60,347 bases of DNA from a virus (Duplodnaviria; Caudoviricetes), in the IMG/VR virus record IMGVR_UViG_3300015242_000026, positions 1 to 60,347 of that record; one strand, written 5' to 3'. The notes under the pieces are model-generated. The model was not told the DNA's origin, ran no database searches, and worked only from the letters and a program-made list of their open reading frames with translations. Positions 54,987 to 60,347 of the stretch are shown piece by piece. Position 1 is the stretch's first letter, and every line of letters starts with the position of its first letter. Made by a program: the position numbers and the translations under genes.

Positions 54987-57140
54987 GTGAGTATCAGTAC
55001 CGACGACATCATCCAGTCGGCCACCGGAACGTTCAACGCCACATCCGGCACGGCCACGCTCCCGGGCGGAACCACGGACGGAAACACCGTCTGGTTGTGC
55101 GTGATGACGTTCGGTACCAGCGCACCGCTGGTCACCGGGTTCACCCGCGATCACGGCGGTGCGGTGAGCAGCGCCAAATCGTATGTGCTGCGGCAATCGA
55201 ATGTGACCGCTGGGACAAGCTCCTGGTCGATCACCGGGTTCGGCAGCGCTCAACCAACTGTCTGGTTCGCATTCGAAATCCAGGGGTTGGCGCGGATTGG
55301 GCAGCCCGAATGTAACTCCCTGATCAGCGGCGCTTCATTCGTCGGCGCAACATCTATTGCCTCCGCGACAACCCCGGCTAGCACCCTCTATGAGGGTCTG
55401 GTCCTCGCGTTCCATGGCGGCCAGAACGTCAGCAGCGCGACGATCCCGACGTGGTCGGGGCAGACGAACGATTTCGTCGAATATGTCGAGAACTCGATCG
55501 TCGTCGGCAGCACCGCAACATCCGCCGCGGTCAGTTTCTACCATGCGGTAGACATCTCCGCCGGATACCAGTGCACCGCCACGGCGAGCATCGCTGTCAC
55601 GGCCAGCGCGGTTGTGGTCGTGTACGCACCTGCCGGTGCGCACCGGATTCCTAACCCCGACCTCATCATGGGATTCGAAACCGGCACCATCGCCGGGTGG
55701 ACAACGGGAAACACAGCCTGCCCGCCAGTCGATGTGGTCGTGGGAACACCGGCGATCGTCTCCACATCCCCGAGAACAGGGACGTACTGCCTGGAGCTGG
55801 CTGCGACGACGGCCGCCGAGTCCATCGCCTGGACAACAACCGGTGCGCTCAGCCTCTATCCGGCGCCGAGCGGCTTCACGGCCTTCCGCCAGTACGTGGC
55901 CCGGGTGTCGTTCTACTTCCCGACGTCGCTGCCGGCGTCCGACGTCGCCGTGATGGACATGACCACCGGCTCCGGGGCGTCCCTGAACGGTGTGACCGCC
56001 ACCTTCCGGGTAGCCACCGGCCAGCTCGGCGTCGCCGTGTCTGAGGCGTCCCACGGTACCGGTACGGAGGTATTGAGCACCGCCACGCTGGTAGCTAACA
56101 CGTGGTACTCGCTCGACATAGCCATCGACATGGACAACGGCGACCGCAGCCTCGGCGGCCTATGGTTTTCGGACTGGGCATTGGACGGGGTTGCCCAGAC
56201 CCAGGCGGTCAAATCGACCACCACCACCGGCGCGAACGCGACCATTTCCCAGCTCCGCCTCGGATGGTTGACCAGCACAACCGCGACAATCCGGTACGAC
56301 GACGTGGTCGGCACCAAACACCCCGGCCACTATCCGTTGGGCGACATCGGGATCTACCCGCTCGGCGTGGACCCGGCCGGCACGGTCACCCTGTCCGGTA
56401 CCACCGGGAACTTCAACACGTTCACGTCGAACGGCACGCTGGCCGCGTGGAACGCGACCACCGCCCGGAACAACATTGATGAGATCCCGGCGACCATCGG
56501 CGCCAGCGCGGACGGGTTCGCACAGATCACGGTCGCGGCGTCCGACTATGTCGAGGTCCCGATGCTCACCAGGTCGGGCGCTACGAACTACGAAACGATT
56601 CGCGGTGTCCGGTGGTATTTCCCAGGCTGGGCAGCCTCGACGACCGCGGCGACGATCGGAATGCGCGGGTTCGACGGCACCACCGAAACGGTCCTACTCG
56701 CGGCGGCCGACCCGAACTTCGACAACTCCACCACAACCCCGGCATGGGTGTGCCGCATGCACCGCGCTCTCGCGTCGAGCACGCCCTACATCTGGACTCA
56801 GGCGCAACTTGATGCCCTGACCGCCCGGGTCGGATTCTCCACCGGCGCAACTCCGGACATTGGTGTCCACGCAATCCTCGCCGAAGTCGCCATGCGTCGC
56901 GCCTATGAACAGCAGGTGCTGGAAGCCAGTGGGGTAATCATCTATGCCCGGCTTGATCCGGACACCGGGAACATCATCGCGATGCGACTGGTCGCGCCGG
57001 TCGCCGGAGACGCCTGGGCCCTGTACACCGTCAACGGTGTTGACGTAAACCGCACCGCTACAGCAGGTACCGAAGACGTGTACTACATCGGCGCGGAATC
57101 CAACGCAGTCGTGTCGTTCTGGACCGGCGGATTGTCTTGA
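54987..57140 (+). CDS. Large Thr-rich beta protein, probable lectin/LamG-like domains
   Basis: MGFETG, ANTWYSL, LDGVAQ, RYDDV. Confidence 0.7.
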   Translation: MSISTDDIIQSATGTFNATSGTATLPGGTTDGNTVWLCVMTFGTSAPLVTGFTRDHGGAVSSAKSYVLRQSNVTAGTSSWSITGFGSAQPTVWFAFEIQGLARIGQPECNSLISGASFVGATSIASATTPASTLYEGLVLAFHGGQNVSSATIPTWSGQTNDFVEYVENSIVVGSTATSAAVSFYHAVDISAGYQCTATASIAVTASAVVVVYAPAGAHRIPNPDLIMGFETGTIAGWTTGNTACPPVDVVVGTPAIVSTSPRTGTYCLELAATTAAESIAWTTTGALSLYPAPSGFTAFRQYVARVSFYFPTSLPASDVAVMDMTTGSGASLNGVTATFRVATGQLGVAVSEASHGTGTEVLSTATLVANTWYSLDIAIDMDNGDRSLGGLWFSDWALDGVAQTQAVKSTTTTGANATISQLRLGWLTSTTATIRYDDVVGTKHPGHYPLGDIGIYPLGVDPAGTVTLSGTTGNFNTFTSNGTLAAWNATTARNNIDEIPATIGASADGFAQITVAASDYVEVPMLTRSGATNYETIRGVRWYFPGWAASTTAATIGMRGFDGTTETVLLAAADPNFDNSTTTPAWVCRMHRALASSTPYIWTQAQLDALTARVGFSTGATPDIGVHAILAEVAMRRAYEQQVLEASGVIIYARLDPDTGNIIAMRLVAPVAGDAWALYTVNGVDVNRTATAGTEDVYYIGAESNAVVSFWTGGLS

Positions 57141-57877
57141 CCGCGCAGGTCCGGTCGACAGGCTCGGGCAGCTCCGGATCTGCGACAGCGACCACGTTCT
57201 CCCCGCCCATGCCCGCGGGATTCGTTACCGGCGATCTCCTCATCGGCGTCGCGTGCGGAAGCACCGGCACAGTGCCGGCGACCCGGCCATCCGGGTCAAC
57301 TTCTGTCAACAACGTCGCGGACGGCACCGTCTTCAACCTGGACGTCGTCAGGAAAGTCGCGGTGCTCGGCGACGTGTTCACCTGGACGATCGGCACCGCC
57401 CAAAAATGGGCTGGGTGTGTCATCGCCATCCGGCTGTTCGACCCGGCCACACCCATCGTCGGGAACACCGCCGTAGCGCAAGGCGCCACGGCCAGCTTGT
57501 CCTTCATCACCACCGCAGCGACCCCCACGAGCGCCGACAGCTTGATGATCGCCGTGTTCGGCCTCCAGGCGGCGAACGCCTGGACGTGCAGCTCGACGAC
57601 ACCGTCCATGACGGAGATCGCCGACGTGGCATCGTCCGGCACCACCCCGGCCAGCTGCGGCGTATACGTGTCAGCGACGCCCCCGGCGATCGCATCCATC
57701 AACCGGACCGGCACCAGCACCGTCAGCAGCGCCAACGGCTGCATGTTCCAGGTGTTCATCAACCCGGGCCCGCAGATACCCGAGTGGACACAGCGGTCAC
57801 CGAGCCCTATCGAGCAGGGGAACGTCGCCGGCCCGTACGCGCCGCTGGCATCCCCATCGCGGATATTCGGAGGCTGA
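57137..57877 (+). CDS. Thr/Ser-rich beta protein
   Basis: PAGFVTGDLLI motif. Confidence 0.7.
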   Translation: MTAQVRSTGSGSSGSATATTFSPPMPAGFVTGDLLIGVACGSTGTVPATRPSGSTSVNNVADGTVFNLDVVRKVAVLGDVFTWTIGTAQKWAGCVIAIRLFDPATPIVGNTAVAQGATASLSFITTAATPTSADSLMIAVFGLQAANAWTCSSTTPSMTEIADVASSGTTPASCGVYVSATPPAIASINRTGTSTVSSANGCMFQVFINPGPQIPEWTQRSPSPIEQGNVAGPYAPLASPSRIFGG

Positions 57878-57878
57878 C

Positions 57879-58319
57879 GTGCGTCAATCAGCTGCTTGGC
57901 GCACCACCGGCGCAGGCTCAGCCACTCTCCCGGCGGCCAGCGTGTACGCGTCGAGCGCGGGGGCACTGTGGGTCACCGAGCTCGGAATCACCAACACCAC
58001 GGTGACCGCGTTTGAGTGCTCGCTGAAACGGCTGACGACCACCGGCACTCAGGGCACCGCCCAAACGGTCGTATGGGAAGAGAACGACGGGAACTTCTCG
58101 GCCAGAGGCGACCCTCGGGATACACACACCGTCGCGCCGACCCTGGTGGCCGGCGAGCTGCGGCGGGCGTCAATCGGCGCCAGCATTGGCAGCGGCGTGA
58201 TCTGGACGTTCGGCGGTCGCGGCCTATTCATCCCGGCTGGTACGACCAACGCGGTCGGGTTGATGCCGATGACCGGCACCGGGCAGATCTTCGACGTCTA
58301 CATGAGCTGGGATTCGTAG
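57879..58319 (+). CDS. Beta-rich structural-type protein
   Basis: RBS GGAGG. Confidence 0.7.
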   Translation: MRQSAAWRTTGAGSATLPAASVYASSAGALWVTELGITNTTVTAFECSLKRLTTTGTQGTAQTVVWEENDGNFSARGDPRDTHTVAPTLVAGELRRASIGASIGSGVIWTFGGRGLFIPAGTTNAVGLMPMTGTGQIFDVYMSWDS

Positions 58320-58337
58320 CGGTTTGGAGTAGCCGTC

Positions 58338-59741
58338 GTGGTCGCTGTCCGCCGCTCGCCGACCCGTGGTTTGTTGCCAGTAGGCCGGCTCGCGTCGCGG
58401 CTGCTCCGCCCGGCCGCGTCGTCAAACGTTGACGCCACCGCGACCCCCGCGGTAGTCGCCGGTACCGCCACAATCCCCGGGCCGATCATCTCGGCTACCG
58501 CTACACCTGGGGTAGTTACTGGTACGGCCACGATCCCTATCCCGGTCGTCCAGGCCGCCGCTACGCCCGCTGTGGTCGCCGGGGTTGCGACCATCCCAAC
58601 ACCGCCCCTGACCGTCACGGTGGCCCCGGCGGTAGTTGCCGGTACCGCGACTATCCCGACGCCAGTTGTGGCGGTCACCGCCATCCCCGGTGTCGTGGCG
58701 GGCAGCACGACAATTCCAACCCCGACCGTGACGGCTACCGCGAACGCCACCGTCACCCCGGCGGTGGTCGGGGCTACGGTCACGATCCCGACCCCGACCG
58801 TCAAGGTCGCTGCGGCCCCCGTCGTCGTGGCCGGTACGGCGATCATCCCGACTCCGGTACTCACGGCCGCCGCGACACCGTCTGTTGTCGCCGGCACCGC
58901 GACGATCCCGGCCCCGACTCTGGCCGCCACGGTCACCCCGACCGTCGTGGCCGGCGTGACATCGATACCCGCGCCGACGGTCAAAGTCACCGTCGGCCCG
59001 GCCGTCGTCGCCGGCGCGGTCACGATCCCGGGCCCGGTCGACACGGTCGCGGCTACCCCAGGCGTAGTGGTCGGCACCGTCACGATCCCGGCCCCGACGA
59101 TCGCTGTGACCGTCCAGTTGGCCGTGGTCGCCGGTGTTGCCACGATCCCGGCCCCGACGGTCAGCGCCAGCGGGAACGCCACCGTCGCCGCGGTTGTCGT
59201 CGCCGGTACCGTCACCATCCCTGGGCCGGTCGTCAAGGCGACTGCGACTGCTGCGGTGGTCATTGGGGCCGTCACGATCCCGACCCCGGTGGTCAAGGCC
59301 ACCGCGACACCCGGCGTAGTCGCTGGGTCCACGACGATCCCCGGCCCGACGGTCATAGTCGGCGCGAACGCCACGGTGTCTCCGCCCGTCGTGGCCTGCA
59401 CAGTCACGATCCCCATGCCGACAACAGCGGCTATTACCGCTGCGACCACGGTGTCGGGTGTCGTCACGATCCCGGCGCCAACAGTCAAGGTGACCGTCAC
59501 CCCGACGACGGTGTTCGCCATGGCCGGTATCCCGGTCCCGACGATCGTCATCACCTCGGCGTACGAACCGATCCTGATCGGCGTGGACGGTGCACTGGTC
59601 GGCGCCGGTGTCCTCGACGGTGATGCGCTGCTGGTCGGCGCGGTCGCGGGGAGCGCCGTGTCCACGGGTGTCGTCGACGGCGAGGCCGTGTCGGTGGGTT
59701 CGGTGGATGGCGGCTCGGTCCTCGTCGGGTTGGTGGGCTGA
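58338..59741 (+). CDS. Ala/Val/Thr/Pro 20-aa repeat protein (fibre-like)
   Basis: 18 repeats resembling ATxTPxVVAGxxTIPxPxVx. Confidence 0.8.
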   Translation: MVAVRRSPTRGLLPVGRLASRLLRPAASSNVDATATPAVVAGTATIPGPIISATATPGVVTGTATIPIPVVQAAATPAVVAGVATIPTPPLTVTVAPAVVAGTATIPTPVVAVTAIPGVVAGSTTIPTPTVTATANATVTPAVVGATVTIPTPTVKVAAAPVVVAGTAIIPTPVLTAAATPSVVAGTATIPAPTLAATVTPTVVAGVTSIPAPTVKVTVGPAVVAGAVTIPGPVDTVAATPGVVVGTVTIPAPTIAVTVQLAVVAGVATIPAPTVSASGNATVAAVVVAGTVTIPGPVVKATATAAVVIGAVTIPTPVVKATATPGVVAGSTTIPGPTVIVGANATVSPPVVACTVTIPMPTTAAITAATTVSGVVTIPAPTVKVTVTPTTVFAMAGIPVPTIVITSAYEPILIGVDGALVGAGVLDGDALLVGAVAGSAVSTGVVDGEAVSVGSVDGGSVLVGLVG

Positions 59742-59745
59742 TGGC

Positions 59746-60126
59746 ATGAGCTATGCCCAGCAGGTTGCTCATCCGGCGCCGCGGGCCGGGCGTGGTGGTC
59801 CCGGGTACCAGCGTGCTGCTGCGGTGGTCAGACAGCGGGCTGAGAAGGGGGAGCCCTGCTACTTCTGGCGGCGTGACCCTGCCTGCCCCGGTCCGGGCTT
59901 CGACTGGGCGCTACCGCACAACCACCGTCACGCCTACACCACCCACCATCTGCACCGCCTGATGGACGGTGGGCAACCGGTGCCCGACCCGGGCCTGATG
60001 GCTCCGGCTCATCGTGGCTGCAATGCCCGGGATGGGCTTCGGGCGCAGAACGCCAGGCGTCAGGGCGTGCAGCTACCCGCTGTTGCGGCTGGGCAGGCAG
60101 CGGAGCGTACGTCCCGACGGTGGTGA
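59746..60126 (+). CDS. cos-associated HNH endonuclease
   Basis: PCYF..C, TTHHL, PAHRGCN; last gene before the terminal repeat. Confidence 0.8.
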   Translation: MSYAQQVAHPAPRAGRGGPGYQRAAAVVRQRAEKGEPCYFWRRDPACPGPGFDWALPHNHRHAYTTHHLHRLMDGGQPVPDPGLMAPAHRGCNARDGLRAQNARRQGVQLPAVAAGQAAERTSRRW

Positions 60127-60334
60127 CGATGAGTAATGGCATGACGGTGCGTGATGGTGACGCATGGTCACTATACAACGTGATGCATAACGCGGCATTA
60201 CACAGTAGGTGGCGTGCACCGACATGGTCCGCGCGAAGCGCCGTCGACTAGAGCCAACGAACGATCAAGGGTCTGACCTGCTAAAACTTACCGTGATCAC
60301 GGGTTTTTTCCGTGTCACTACGACCGACAGCAAG

Positions 60335-60347
60335 CTGCCGAAGGCTC
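60335..60347. repeat. Right copy of the 13-bp terminal repeat
   Basis: Identical to 1-13. Confidence 0.75.

Noticed and set aside
58298-59747. Antisense repeat ORFs and CRISPR-like 60-bp periodicity
   Set aside because: The periodicity is a degenerate codon-level protein repeat on the plus strand, with no identical repeats or unique spacers.

Overview
The window looks like one complete, GC-rich temperate siphovirus genome of about 60.3 kb infecting a filamentous actinomycete. The host is inferred from WhiB, DUF6221-, DUF4360- and TraB/Spd-like genes; Micromonosporaceae is only a guess. The same 13-mer CTGCCGAAGGCTC sits at both ends, between an HNH gene and terS, as expected for a cos site. 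Layout: HK97-type head module with an embedded double glycosyltransferase and methyltransferase (0.1-11.5 kb); tail module (11.8-21 kb); an expanded lysis region with SGNH esterase, GH25 lysin, membrane proteins and a papain-like protease (21-25 kb); a leftward operon carrying a plasmid/AICE-type transfer kit (FtsK/TraB translocase, Spd-like membrane protein, clt-like repeats, serine resolvase; 25-33 kb); an immunity region resembling integration-dependent immunity (33-38.6 kb); early and replication genes with iterons (38.6-53 kb); and a second virion-like module with a Thr/Val/Pro 20-aa repeat protein (54-59.7 kb). Best candidates for new biology are a phage with its own hyphal conjugation/spread module, a ~180-nt antisense multi-stem ncRNA just before the major tail gene, duplicated structured leaders before micro-peptides, and a possibly glycosylated appendage system. 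All calls come from motifs and synteny read by eye. No database search was run.
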